A DNA stretch of 64,000 nucleotides from Atractiella rhizophila (lineage: Eukaryota), in NCBI GenBank assembly GCA_021432655.1, contig MU271293.1, positions 1-64,000 on the forward strand, written 5' to 3'. The position numbers were made by a program, and so were the translations under genes. Positions 43,517-57,158 of this stretch are shown one piece after another. Within the stretch, counting starts at the first letter, position 1; each line of letters starts with the position of its first letter. The notes beneath the pieces were generated by a model. That model saw only the letters and a program-made list of their open reading frames with translations, had not been told where the DNA came from and did no database searches.

Positions 43517-45081
43517 ATGTCCAAGCTTATTCCTCAAATTTCTCTCGCCTCTCCCACCCTTTCCCTGTCGATCACACATCCCATCGTCTTCGTTCGTCCC
43601 AATGCGAATCCTTCCCTCCCTACCCACGACCCAATATTCAGCGGCACCGTTTCTCTCAACCTCCCGAAGGAACGACAGCTGAAGGAGCTTCGCGTTCGAC
43701 TGAAGAATGTGGCAGACGTTGCCTTCGGTGTCCCAATGGATCCGAGCATTACCAACTTTGTGTTAATGGAGAAGGAGCTGAAGATCGACTTGGGCGGCGC
43801 GGACGGAGTGAAGCTCTCAAAAGGAGTTCATACGTGCGCAGTCCCCTTTCTTCCCTCCGCCGAAGCCTGTGGTTCTGACAGCCTTCCTATATTGCATTAG
43901 ATGGGAGTTCTCGTTCATCGTTCCATCTTCTATAGCTCCTTATGAGCGCTGCAATTTCGGGAGAGTCTACTCCCGGATCTACGCCAGAGCTTCGTTCCCT
44001 GGACTTGGGAGGAAGCTCGAGGCTTCCACCAAAATTGACGTAGTCGCCAATCCAATGCAGGAGGCAGAAACACCAGGTCAGTTTGATTTACGGATTGACG
44101 ACTTCAACCGAGACATCGGCGTACGTTTCCCTCTCATATCTCTGAATAGGGTTGTTCTGATAAGACAGGAGTAGATATTCAGGTTACATTACGAAAGCCC
44201 ACATTTCACAGTCGCCGGACTCTTGCATTTCCATTTCTCCATTCCCGAACCTCCGCAGCGATTAACGTTTGAGAAACTCGAGCTGTTCATCCTCCAACAA
44301 CACACTTTGCGACGGCCAAGGAAGTCAGATAAGGAACCTGAGAGTCCACCTGTCATCCCTCCTCCTCAACGACGAAAGATTTTCGCGGCGGAGGGTGGCG
44401 AGATACATCGAGGATGGAAACTCAGTCGTTGGATTCGGTATGCTCTGTCTCCGTCTCTCGTTCCTCCCTGATCCATGACGTTCGCAATGCGGATAGTTTA
44501 CCAAACTCAAACATTTTACGATGCACAACCCAACCTGGAACGCAAACCCCAATCAGCAACTCACACGAACTCTCGTTTGAATTCACTTACCGCGTTCCTG
44601 ATCCCAAAGATCCTAGCAAATATGAGACGAAGATATTAACGGTGAAGAAGGACGTGACTTTACTTTCCGTGAGTCTCAAGTCTTCCTTTCGCCATACATG
44701 CTCAATCTAACCATACGCGTACAGTGCTTATTCATGATCGACAACGTCCTCACCCCTCCTTACGAAGGCTGCTGCTGCGCCGTCCAACCAGCAACCTTAA
44801 AACCGTACGGCGGGCCATTTTGCACCGTCCAATGTTTCTGTACCGTTTCAACTGAGGAGATGATGAAAGGAAAGGAAGCGACTTTGGCAGAGGAAGAGTT
44901 CGATGGCGAGCTCGAAAGTTTGCCCGCGGGAAGAAGGAGGAAGTGGGAGTGGGAGAATGGGATAGAGAGCACTCAGGCGTCTCCTTTAGGTTCCCCGAGC
45001 GGTTCGCCAATGGTTTCGTTGGGAAGCTTACATAGAAGCGTAACGACAGAAAGTACTGGATCGAGGTCGAGTGAATCTTGA
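43517..45081 (+). CDS. Arrestin-fold protein, subfamily B
   Basis: LSLSITHPIVFVRP..FSGTVSLNLP..WEFSFIVPSSIAPYERCNFGRVY..VVANP..FTVAGLL..TTQPGTQTPI..TPPY..CFC..RRKWE; intact. Confidence 0.8.
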
Positions 45082-45237
45082 TTTTGTTGATTGATCTTGC
45101 TTATCATGGTTCTTTTCTGGGAATATTGGAGTTTATGTCACTTGTGTGCATGTATTACTTAGGACAGATACCTAATGCCTTATAATCACACGTTTTCCAT
45201 CTGAGAAACTGAATCAGTTGCAATAATCCATCGAGCT

Positions 45238-46738
45238 TCATGCATCCACATTTTCCACTCCATCTCCCTCCGCCTCCTCTGGCCACTGATTCTGCCATTT
45301 CGCTCTCAATATGACCTCTCCATTAGTTCCGTTTTGACTGTCGGAATTTATTGAGTCCATGAAGAACTTGTTCAGGTCTGATTTGAGCAGTGAAGTGAAG
45401 CTCGTCCCACACTGGCACTCCATCGAACAATTAGGACGCTGTGGTCTTCCGGTTCTATCGATGCCAGTCGACTCTGTATCCTTTATTGATGTATATGACG
45501 GTAGCGTGAGTGATTCCATTAGACAACAACACTTTCGAGCCGAGTAAGTTGGTTTTACTTAGGAAATACGGGAGCAAAGAACATACGGAGGAGATCACAA
45601 CTTTCTTCGTCAGTGAAAGGGTCTGAACTTCGCCAAACAATGCACCATCTTCATCAAGCAGCTGGTACATGACCTGGAAGAGTATGGAAGTGAATGAGCG
45701 AATTGGAGTTATAGTTCCTGGCAGAGTGGTGGCTCGTATAAAGTCATCATCAGGCAACCTAATTACATTTGTATTTAATTAAAATCAAGCTGCAAAGAAA
45801 ATCACTCCCTACCTCGCAAGTTCTTTGAATCCCCAACTCTGTCCTTTCTTTAGGGTCCATCCATCCTTCCGCCCTTCCTCACCTCTTTTCTGAAATAATC
45901 CGCGCTTGACAGGCTTTACTTGGATAGGACCCGTCTGCTCATTTTGCAGATCGTGAAGTTCGAATGATTGCAGAATGGCGCATTCGATAATACTGATACG
46001 AAGGGCATGAGGAAGGGAATCAAAGGAGAAATCGACGTGGAGCAGGCCAGCAACTGTGAGGTGAGGAGAAGATAATTTTAAGCTGAACAGCTACACCCAG
46101 TTTAATTAGTAAAGTGCCACTCTGGAAACTTGCAGAGAGCGTCAAACCCCCAAATCAGACGTGAAGTCTCCAATGCTGACATTCGCCGTAACTGGCGCTT
46201 CCCCTTCTGGATCTGGGTTTGCAATGATTTCGATGGGATCACTAGCTGAGAGGTTGGAGTTGAACCCTGGACATTTAGCGGTTGCTGTCACCTATCGTGT
46301 TTTCAGCGCCAGCCCGTGAATGACGGGTAGGAGACAAACCTTGGACCAAATACGCCCATATCTACAACGTTCGTAGGGAGCAGCACTGGAAGGAATGATG
46401 AAGGAGAACACGAATCTATCCTTTTGTCAATGTCCTGCAACAATTCCAGCGGAAAGGACGGACGAATGGTCCCCTTTCTCCAATTCTCGCCCAATTTCAA
46501 TCTTCAGCTCCTTTTCTAGCAAGGGTACCGTAAAGGTATTTTTATCCGGAAAGGAGAGAGAAGAAAAGGTTTTAAGGACCACGACTACCTCCTTCACCTT
46601 TCGAGGTTGCGAAAGATGCAAGTCGACGTTTCCTTGGATGACGGGATCGTTCGTCGGCGCACTTGGGTCGAGGGAAGGAGTGGGATGCACGAAGACAACG
46701 TTTGGGTAGACAGCGAGCTTTAATGTGTTAGAAGGCAT
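45238..46738 (-). CDS. Arrestin-fold protein, subfamily B
   Basis: LKLAVYPNVVFVHP..FSFIIPSSAAPYERCRYGRIW..IIANP..LTVAGLL..TTLPGTITPI..ESLTLPSY..CQCG..RAKWQ; intact after splicing. Confidence 0.8.
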
Positions 46739-47428
46739 ATCGTTAGTCTCCCTGATCAAAATTGTCGCGCTGACAGAGAAAGCGAATCGTGGTAGGGTGG
46801 GTTTTCTTCCTTCAATGCCGAGTCAGATGTATTGATGACGGAACGGTGCGGCTTTGTGGCGTCTTCGCTCAAAGCTTTTCAACATCGCGTTATATTAAGC
46901 ACATCGTTCTTCTTGCTTCTCCGTTTAAGTTATGTAGCTGCTTTGAGGTTCTCCCTGAGCATGCCTCAATAGGTGTGAAGGTTTGGCTTGCGAAGACTGC
47001 TCTCGTGCATTTTAATCCGTCACTTTGTGCAGTGTCTAATACCATTATGTACAAGGTTGCAACTCTGACACAACTTCTCAATAACAAGCACTATTATCTC
47101 CAGCGCTATCATGCGCCACAACTGTGCTACTGGTTTGTTCGCACGTTTGAACTTCCGTTGGCCAAGAAGATACGATTTGTAAAATTCAGAACAAACGGAA
47201 CCAAACGAAACAAGAACGTGTTTTCCCACCTGACACAGTAAATAAATGTCTGACGTCTCCATCCTCCATCCAACGCAGCATTCAGTTCTCAAGGCACTTA
47301 AGTCTGGCATCTTCTTGAAAGGCTGACCTGGCACTTAGAGACCATATTAATTGTGTAACCTGCATCAGAACGTGGATAGATTCATTCTCAGTCAATTCAT
47401 CCCATATAACACACAAATCACTGTTTAG

Positions 47429-48856
47429 CTATTCATCTTCCCATTTCGCTCTCATCCTTCCTCCGTCCCTTCCATGCATTATGCTTTGTTGCACTTGCTC
47501 CTTTTCCATGGCACATGCGCAGGCACAAGTGGTCGTTCCTATCAGTTCTCCGTTCCTGTCGTGCGGAGGGAATCTGGAATAAGGAGGCAAAGTCAAGATG
47601 CTCTCGCTCAATCGACACGAAGCGAGAAAACACTCTTTCTTGTTGACCAGACGGCGCGTTTTCCATTCTTCCGTTCCTCCTCTCTGAGACGTCAAGATCG
47701 AGTAGGTGAGCCTGAGTTCGAAAGCGTGAGACAGACGGATTGGCGTGACTGTATTGGCGTGCGTGGAGGGTGAAAGGCTATCGTGCCTTGAGAGCCTGTA
47801 GTTGGACTAATATTAGAGAAGTAAAACCGAACAATAGGAAACTACGCACTGGACAACACGACTATATTCCCATTCTTCTCCTTCCGCAAGCAAGGCGATT
47901 GCTCCGCAGCCCATCCCATCCCTCTTCCTCCCAATTCCAAGGCCCTGCCCGATCCTACTCCCGCCTGGAGTAGATGCAGGCGATACACATTTATTCTCGA
48001 TTAGGACGAAGCGATCTTCTGTCTTCTCCTTTCCCTCTCCGTCCACGCTTTCCAGCACCACTTGTTGCAAGAGAGCAAGAGTCAAAGTCTCGATGCGAAC
48101 CCTCGCTCTTATTCCGTCAACGGTCCTGGGAAGGCACGGGAGTTTGAAAGCGAAAAGAATACAGGATCCAACGGTGAGATTAGGAGATGAATAGGTTACG
48201 TTGAAAACCTATAGAATGAACGATCAGTCACATTGTCCAGCAGAACAGGTCATTGCTCACCCCCAAATCATCAGTGTGATCCGTGACAAATGTTAAAGAC
48301 GCTGGTACAGCCTCTCCGTGCGGATGAGGATTGACGATCGCATGAAGAGGAAGGCCAACGTCAATGCGGGCTTCGCCGAAGGGACCTTCATACGAAGCAC
48401 TCGCGGTGATCTGTTTATTACATTGTTGCACTCATCAGTTCCAGTTCCATAGATGCATGAAAAGGTATAACTCACCTCCAGCCTCACACGTCCCCATCTC
48501 CCATCTTCGCTTGCCGCCAAATTCGCAGGCAGCGCGAAAATGAACTCAAAACCATGTCTTCCTCCCAATTCCACCCCACCTGCGCCATCCCACTTGATGT
48601 TCCTCTCATAGAGGACCCTTCTTTCCCACGCCTTCTCGGAGAACAAGACCTCCGCTACGTTCTTCACAGCGAGCTGAACGCCATGAACTTTCTTTTGCTT
48701 TCCCAGAAAAGACAGCAAAAGTGTTCCACGGAGGAGTGTTTCTTCACAAGCAGACGATGGAAGAGGGTGCAGGATCGTTAATCCTCACCCGTGCGCCATG
48801 TTGGATTGATTGAGGAGAGAAATGGACAGTTGAGGAGGCGAGAATAGCGCGTGCAT
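47429..48856 (-). CDS. Arrestin-fold protein, subfamily A, with in-frame TGA at codon 24
   Basis: Same three intron positions as 28934-30331; LLRGTL, NVAEV, FEFIFALP..GRWGRVRLE, LTVGS, WKTRRLVN, LPPY, CAC, RAKWE. Only lesion found: TGA at 48787-48785. Confidence 0.75.
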
Positions 48857-50011
48857 ATTCGCTCGTTTTCAGTCTTCGAGTGCTTGTTAGGTGAGGCTGA
48901 CGAACGTCAAGGTAAGCGACAAGGCTTTTTTATGCCTGTACATGGGGAGTCTGCTCGACTCAGCCAAATGACAAAGCAGCCTCTTGACCCCACAGCGTCC
49001 CACCTGACAGAACATTCTATGCACCACTCCAAGGATTGCAAGAACAAACCCACACGCAGCCGCACAGGAATGGAGCTTGAGCCGGTCTGACAAATTTCTG
49101 CATTTCATTTGTTTGCCACCAGCTTTCGTCATCATGAAGGGGATGGGGATAGAGATGAGAAATATGGCTTCATGGAAACGAACCTTAAACCGAGTTGAAT
49201 CACAAGAAATATGCCTTTGAGGCAAGGGAAGGCGTTCTTAGCGAGTTATGGGGGGACGTGATTGGTAGGCCGAGGTGGTGATCATGCATTGGGTTATGCT
49301 TGAAAATGAAATCTCCATTTGGTCGAGATTTCTTCACAATTAAAGATGCGTCCTGGTATGATAAATATTCTTTTCTGCCACTAAGGCTGCTAAGGTCCTA
49401 AATCCTGCCAAGAAGCGTAGGTTGGTGATCACCAAAATTATGGCAATGAACTTCGGACAATTATTACCAGCGGGAACAAATTGCAAACTGCAGCCTGTAG
49501 CATTCAAGTTACCAATTTGTTAAGCGATCTTATCACCTCAATACCAGTCAAGATCTGCTCAAGACCAACCCTTTCAAGATAGGGAGGTGTCTTGTAGACG
49601 CGTGGTCTGGGTATGAAAGCGCTTTGATTGAGACTTATTTGGGTTCAATGATGACCTTCTGCGGCCGAGCAGGACTACTAATACGACATCTCAAGCGAAA
49701 AGTGGTAACGTTGATAGCCGGGAACTGCTTCCCGGACATTCTTGCTGCTTCAACAGTTTCTGGCTCCGCACAGAAATAACACTGTTGTGGTAGCGTAACT
49801 AGTATTTGTGGGTCCTTCGACTTTCGTTGCCCAGCAGTTCCTTTAGGACCATCAGTTGTCGAATAACCGGTAGCAGCCGGTATGAGTAGGCGAAGTGGAG
49901 GGTAGCAGGTATACAAAAAGTCATGGAAGACACATTTTGTCATGAAAGGGTGAACTCTTCGGGTTCTCTTTTCACCGGACACACTCGTTGCAAGCCAAAA
50001 AGGGAGACAAC

Positions 50012-51469
50012 ATGTCATCTCAAGGTTCAATACTCAGCGTGCATCTGTATCCGAATGTCATCTTTGTTCATCCTTCTCCTTCCCCGACTCAAACCCCAAC
50101 AAATGATTCGCTGGTACAAGGCGTCGTGAAACTGATGCTGTCCAAGCCAAGAATGTTCAAAGAATTGATGGTGATGTTTGAGATTTCGTCTACCCTCTCT
50201 TTCCCGAACAAATCGCCTTCCTGCTTTGTCCCGATAATCAAAAAGGAACTTAAGATTGACATGGGAAAAGTATTCGAAGCAGGCGATCATTCGTAAGTAA
50301 TTTTCAGACAGTTTTCTCGCTTAATTTTGGAGTAGCTTTACTTTTGCATTCATTGTCCCCGCAAGTGCATCTCCTTATGAGCAGTGCTGTTTTGGGCACA
50401 TATGGTCCAGCGCAAGTTCCTTCTCTTGCCAAACAAGATGTACAGTGACGACAGATGTGCAGGTGACAGCGGTAGCAAAAAGTTCTGGCTTCAGCTCCAA
50501 TCTGTCAGCTTCGCAGAAACTTCACATTATAGCAAATCCGAGTCCTGAGGGAGAACCCCCGAATCCGACAAGTATCAGGATGGGGGAGCTACTAGACGAT
50601 TTAGGTGTTTGTCACCCTTTGTTGTTTCCAAGGCGAATCGTATGTTGACCCCGTATTTAGTTGTTCACGCTCGCCATATCTTCTCCTAATCTCACAGTTG
50701 CCGGACTTCTTCACATCGATTTCTCCCTTCATTGCCTCCTTCAAGCATTTCGAGTGGACCGTGTTGAATGTTTCATTCTCCAAAAGTTCGAGCTGCACGA
50801 TCTGAGGAGAAGAGACGGTAAGGGCGACCGAGCAGCGGTGGCAGAGGTGAGACAGTCACTGTTTATAAAGAAGAGAGGAATCGAAGATTATGCAGAGTGG
50901 GTAGCTGAAGCGGGGAGCGAGTGGATTTTCAAAGAGTGGATCCAGTTTGTTCTGTTCATCTGGTTCACCAAATTCTACTCAGAAACTTGACAGGTTACCG
51001 AACGATAAAGTGCTGCGTCCTTCCACACTGGAGGGGACAGACACTCCAATACACGTTTCCTCCACCATCGTCTTCCAGCTCACATATCATTTGTGTAACG
51101 AAAGTGGGACTTTCGGAGGTAGAGCGCTGATGCTTTCTTTGAAGCAAAAAGTCGACATCTCTTCTGTACGTTCGCTTCCCTACATAGCGGAGGCTGACGC
51201 TTTTAAAGTGCTGCTGCCTGATGGAATCTCTTACCCTCCCATCCTACCACGCTTCCACGTCTACATCCTCTTCAATAACAACCGACGTTTGGAGCTCTTC
51301 CCACCGGTCAATAAAATGTTCATGTGGAACTTCTATCGTGTCCCTCCTCAAGTCAGACTTGAACAAGTCATTCATCGATTCCCTCAACTCGGATACTGCA
51401 GGAACAAAAGAGAGTGCTCTTCGGCCTAAATGGGAGCAAGAACGAGATGGAGGGAATGGATGCAGATAA
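50012..51469 (+). CDS. Arrestin-fold protein, subfamily B (closest to 45238-46738)
   Basis: LSVHLYPNVIFVHP..FAFIVPASASPYEQCCFGHIW..IIANP..LTVAGLL..PSTLEGTDTPI..CCCLMESLTLPSY..CSCG..RPKWE; one GC-AG intron. Confidence 0.8.
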
Positions 51470-54400
51470 AGAAAGGACTGAAGAAGCGCGCGAATGCGTC
51501 GAACGTTGTGACGTTGTTGTGACAAAGGCTACTGTACTAAGGTATATTCATTTCTGTGTAGAACTAAACTGTATAATGTATAATGTTGCTGTAATCTTGA
51601 TTTGGTCTCACATCTGCAACTTGTGTTATTTGTACTACTTGCTCTTTCCAAGCGAGAACTATCTTTGTTGGATTTTACGACTGCCACCTTTGCTCTTACC
51701 ATTGTGAAATGCCCTATTCTCTGAAAACGCGAGCCTCGCGGCTCGCTATGTAACGCTACATGCCTACAGACGGAAATATATCTCGAACTGGATGACCGAA
51801 TATCTATATAGGTTTTGGTAGCAGTCTCGCTAAAATTTAGTCCAGGGCGTACGGTCCGCTGTATTACGCAGTCCTTTGTGTTCCTGCAATCTCACAGTAT
51901 GATCCACTTCCACGCAGTACTTGATGTGTTCAAAAGCCTCTCAGTTTGATTTCAACACCACTTCTAATAACGTTGGCCCATGTCTGTGCAGAGTAAGCCG
52001 GGCCACAGCGAAGCGGTCAATGACCTCTGACGGTCAAGCTTGTGGCTTCATGACCGTCATCACAGCTGGAGCAGCTCGAATTTACGACACTCCTTCTGAG
52101 AACTCATAGAAAGGCGGAACGGTAAGTGACTACTACTACCTCAGCACGTTTCTTCAAATGGTGAGGAGAAATATAATTGGAGGAGAGGTACACCTTGCAC
52201 ATCTGAAGCTCTGAAGCTCCTTTGGGATGAGGTGCTTTGAGACAAAGGCACGACTTTATGCTTACACTTCTTTGTTGTCACAGACTTCTACGCCTTCATG
52301 GAATGAAGACACACTGTATTTTTCCTAGGTCTCGCTGCAAGCACACCTACTCCGCGCACTCCTGATCCACCTAGTTCTCTCAGCTTCATTCAATCAGACG
52401 GATAGATGCTAGCTTATGGTAGTGAGCTGCAAAGGAAGAAAGAAAAATTCAGGGATATGGCGAGAACTAGGAATGAGAACCCTAAATTTTTTTCATGACA
52501 AGGAGATCTGAATAATGCACGTGGCGGCTGAAGGTAAATCTGAAATTGCCAACCAACGCCAACCTTGGAATTTGCATTTTACGTCGAGGTCAATCAGTCA
52601 ACGTAGCATTATTTTCATTATATTGGAACTAGACATATTGAAACATGAAGGCTAATACGCGCGGAAGAGGTGCTGCTCGGCTGCTGAAGGCACTTGCTCG
52701 TTTATTTGACGCTTCCTGGTGAGCAGGTATGTTCATGACGACACTTGCTATACTCTTAACCTACTTCCGATTTCATTCAGTAGATTGGCAGGGTACTTTG
52801 AACTCTCTGTGCATTTATCTGCCTCAGGTGTATCAAATCAGGCTGGAATGCAAGAAACTTGTTGGCGGATAAGCCTTTTCATTGAATGTCTTCACCAGTT
52901 TAAGCCATACAGCTACCTCAACAAATGACTCCGGGCTCTACACTCGCCTTCACCCGCTTCTGCTGCTGTGAGCAGCCTCTTTGCTAGAGTCACACATCTG
53001 TACTGTACCGAAGACTGTCTCAAGTCGTGGAGGTCTCGCAAATGGCCAAGTAGCCTGGGTATTGTCTGTATGTGCAAGGTGATGAATTTGAAGTCCTATC
53101 GAGGGACGAAAAGGAGGAGGAAAGTGGAGGCCGCGGTAGCCGTGGACGTCTTTCTTTCTTTCTTCCGCCTCCCGCGGTATCCTTGATTCACGAAGCGTGA
53201 AATTGGAGCGTTGCATGAGTGCTCGCAATGGTGCTGCTCACTTGTTGGGGACAGATCGCTGGCTCTGCAAAGGTGTCCAAGGGAAAGGGGCTGAAGCTGT
53301 TTATGACCGACGGTGACAGCCCCTCCGCCTCCTCAGCCCACACCTCATATCCCTGTACTGCCAACGTAAAAGCGGACCTCAATGAGTGGAGCGGGCATAC
53401 CACCTTTGTTGTGGCGCTCGTTATGCATTGGAGATTGTCCAGGGGATGTCCCTTTGCTGTCAGTCTGTTGATTTATTGATTTGTTCACCTTTCGATCGTG
53501 AGTTCGTGATCGTGGCTGTTGGCCAAGGTTGTCCTTGTGCAATCATTAGGTCGCGTTGTGCTTCCCGTCCCTCGTTCACACATCGGTTGGATCAACATGA
53601 TACCAGTATAGATATGTCTCAAGTTGTACCGCCAACATGAGGTATACCGTACTTCGTCATCCTCCTTTTTACCACGAATCCTCCTTCCTCCAAACTTTCA
53701 CGTAATCCCACCGACGAACCAGTCTGTACTTGGACTCTCTGAAAGTTTTGCTGTGTTCCACCGGCGCATCCCGCTGAATGCAGTTGCACGTCTTGATCGA
53801 ACCGATCTAGTGTGTGCGGATGTTTGAGAGGAGATGGGCACCTTCCTGCGAAGTGTTGACTCCTGGGCATCCATCCTCGCTTACCCACGGCGCCACGGTA
53901 GAAGGCTCATTGTGCCCTGGACATCCAGTTGGAGTTCCACTGCGATCTGTATCAGCCCACTGCTGGAATCCTTTGGAATCTTCACCAAAGGATCTGAAAG
54001 TATGTTTCTGGAATCTAACCCACCATACAAATTCAGTGGAATTTAGAGACACTCAAATTAACCCGAGATGAGGGAGCTTCCAGGGAGTGAGCTGCATTTC
54101 ATCGTCAATACGACCTTGCCATGTTTCTTTTCTCACGTTCCCATCTTAGTTCCGGACCGATTCATGGGGCAGGACTGTGCTGCTTGATTTGGGTTGGACA
54201 GCTTTAGTACTTGGAAGAGATTATCGCTGTTAGGACTCGTACTGAGCTGTCCGTAACTCCGTTCATTTTGCGGTCGTACCTCACCCGAGATTTAAAGACG
54301 CGACTCTCTCAGCTTTGCTCTTGTCATCCCACTTCAGCTCATTAGAGTCACACCGGACTCCGTTTTGCATCACCACTACGCCCGATTCGAGGATCCTTCC

Positions 54401-54511
54401 CACACAGGTTAAAACGGCGGTGAGCCATCCAGTGTGACTCTGGAGCCAACAAACGGACGAAGGGCAAGACAACAAAATACCATACTTAAGGAGTCGGCCT
54501 ATTAGTCAAGA

Positions 54512-56807
54512 ATGTTGGCGACCATCAATCCATCCCTTCTACAAGTTTACGCTCCTCAGATCCAGACAGGGAATATGGAGTTCACGCTCAATCCCCTCCT
54601 GCTCACAACAGAATCCAACTCCTCACATTCAGCCCCACAACCTCCCGAAACTGCACAGTCTGAACCCACCTTTTCTGGCTCAACATCGCGAAACTCAACC
54701 ACTGCGGCCGTTAAACCACCCCGTCCAAAGGGCCAGAAAGGTGTAGGAAGGGGGAGAGGCGGAGGCGAGCTCCAGTTCACTGTATGCTATCTGGAACCAG
54801 ACTGATTTGCGCTTCTCAGGGCGACCAGCAACCGCTTGCATTCAGGTCCGATTTTCAGCGTTATTTCGAAGGCTGAGCTGGGTTGACATAGAGTGAGCAG
54901 TGCAGGACCCGGAGGACACGATGCGATCAAGGAAGACCGTGTAGCAATTGCAGAGCGAGAGGTGATGACAAAGTGTGCACGCTCCTCACCAATGGACCGC
55001 AGTACGCCTGCCCTAGTTGCCTCTTTTTCCTGTCCTTCTCAGAGTTTTCGGTTGTTTGCAGGACATCGCAAGAGGCCCGAGCGGCGGCAGAAGCGTCATC
55101 TTCAACTCAGCCCGCAAAAGCGCCTCCTCCGAATCTCGGGGAGATCAAGGTGCCTCTGCAGAACAACAGCATGGCGCAAGAACTGTCCATGTCCTTGTTC
55201 CCCAGAGACGATGAAATCCGGATCCTCCAAAACGTTCGCCCGATCCCGCTGACTTTTCCTCCGTATCCTGCTGACTTGCTTCCACTCTTCAGAGCCCGGT
55301 CGACAACCTTGGCGCTCCTCCTTTGCCTTACCCTCAAACGATTCAGCATTTTCCAGATGCCGACGTTCTCCCGACCGAAATTCAAGCAAACCTCGCAATC
55401 GATTCCTTCTTCAACACGTCTTACACTCCCAGTCCACTCATCGCTCGTGGGAAGTTCAGAATAGATGTCCAAAACTACTACCTCTTCATCAACAACAAGT
55501 CTGTCCTTGGACGCCCAGAAGGACTCGACAATCATTGGGTGTCAAAATTCCTCTTAGTTTGCGCGATCGGATTGGCAGTGATGGATGAGCAGAAGCTGAG
55601 AGACACCGGCTTTCCTCCGAAACAGGAGGCAGCACTCCTCGCCCGTTTCTGGGTAGATGCTGGTGTCAAGATGTTGAACGTAGGACGTAAGTTTTCTTTC
55701 CCTGAACATCGTCTTTGTCCCTTAATTATCATTGGTAGCTGGGTGGACGATAGAGCCGACATTGGATGCGGCTCGCGCATTGGCGCTCATGTTTCATTAC
55801 TGGCTCTCCTTCTCGGATGGGGTACACGTCCCCTCCGCTAACAATTTCTGGACTGGCGCTTCCCAGCTTCTTCAGACCCTCAACCTACTCAAAGATCCAG
55901 CCGATCTGCCTTCCGGGATGTCTTACGACGAAGTGGAAGACCGTAGGCGTCTCTTCTGGCACTTCTATAACATCGATGTGTAAGCTATCTACCTTTCCCA
56001 CTTTTCTAGCTGACCTTGGAGAAGTTGGCTGTCCATCTATCGAGGGCGAATGTGGCCATCACTGGACACGAACACCGTTTCTTACACAGCCGAGACGGAC
56101 CCAGGAACGCTCGATGAGTCTTTTGGCGGATCTGTTCTAGCGATGCGAGCGATCCAGCACACTCTCGTCGTCGCCTTTGCGCGAATTCAACAGCTCACAG
56201 CTCACGACTCAGTCACGTACGACAACATCAAAGAGCTGAACAAGACCCTTGAGGACATCTCCACCAATATTACCCATTTCGAGAAGGCAGGAACTCCCAA
56301 GTCTCCCAATCAAGTCTATACCCTCAAGATCCTCCTCGCGTTCGGTTACGTCCTGTTACATCGTCCCTTCCTCACCATGCAGCGAAACGAGGTCGGCGGG
56401 ATCAACTTGGATTGGCATCGTTTCGTAGCCATCTCGAACGCCAGTTCGTTTTTGTTTATTCTCATTTCCCAAGAGCATACTCTAAACAAGATACAGCGCA
56501 ACTGGCTCAGATCATGAATAAGAGACCCTCGTTACCGGCGTTCCAGCTCCTCTTCATACATTTGACGTGAGTGCGTGCCTGTTCATTGACACAATGCTGA
56601 CCAATGTCTTCGTGCAGCGGGCTCATTTGCCTCGTGTGCGATCTTCAGTGTACCCCTTCGAGCGAAGAAGCAGCGGCGATCCGTCGAGAGCTCGAGACGC
56701 GAACGGCGGAATTGGGTGTCGTGGTACAACACACCAATGCTCCGAGCAACAACACTGTTCCGTCAAAAGCCATGAATGTGCTTTTGGCACTCCTGCAAGC
56801 ATCTTAA
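54512..56807 (+). CDS. Zn(II)2Cys6 transcription factor with fungal-specific TF middle-homology domain
   Basis: Spliced ACIQ|CRTRRTRCDQGRPCSNCRARGDDKVC; later LNLLKDP...EVEDRRRLFWHFY..D and LLHRPFL motifs. Confidence 0.85.
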
Positions 56808-57158
56808 GTACATCAAGCACGCATCGTTTCCTCGTCTCGCTTCAATCTGATCTGCTTCCACCCTCATTTCGGTTTAGCCTGGGTTTCGCGTGAAAAGTTA
56901 TTACAGATTTGTTGGGATAATATTGTGCAACTACTACTTGTTTACCTATGAGTACATGGCAGAGGGAAGCAGAGCATATTCACATTTCGACTGTGTAAGT
57001 ATGTACCAGTTAGCGGAAATCCTGGGCCCAAAAATGCATTGAATGTGAAGGAGTCGTGTATTTCCTCAAATACTGTTGCGGTTGAATTTGTCAAAGAAAT
57101 GAAGGAGAGCGCTGGCTGTCGTGTATCCTTGCAGAGCGGTGGATGTCATCATTCCTGT

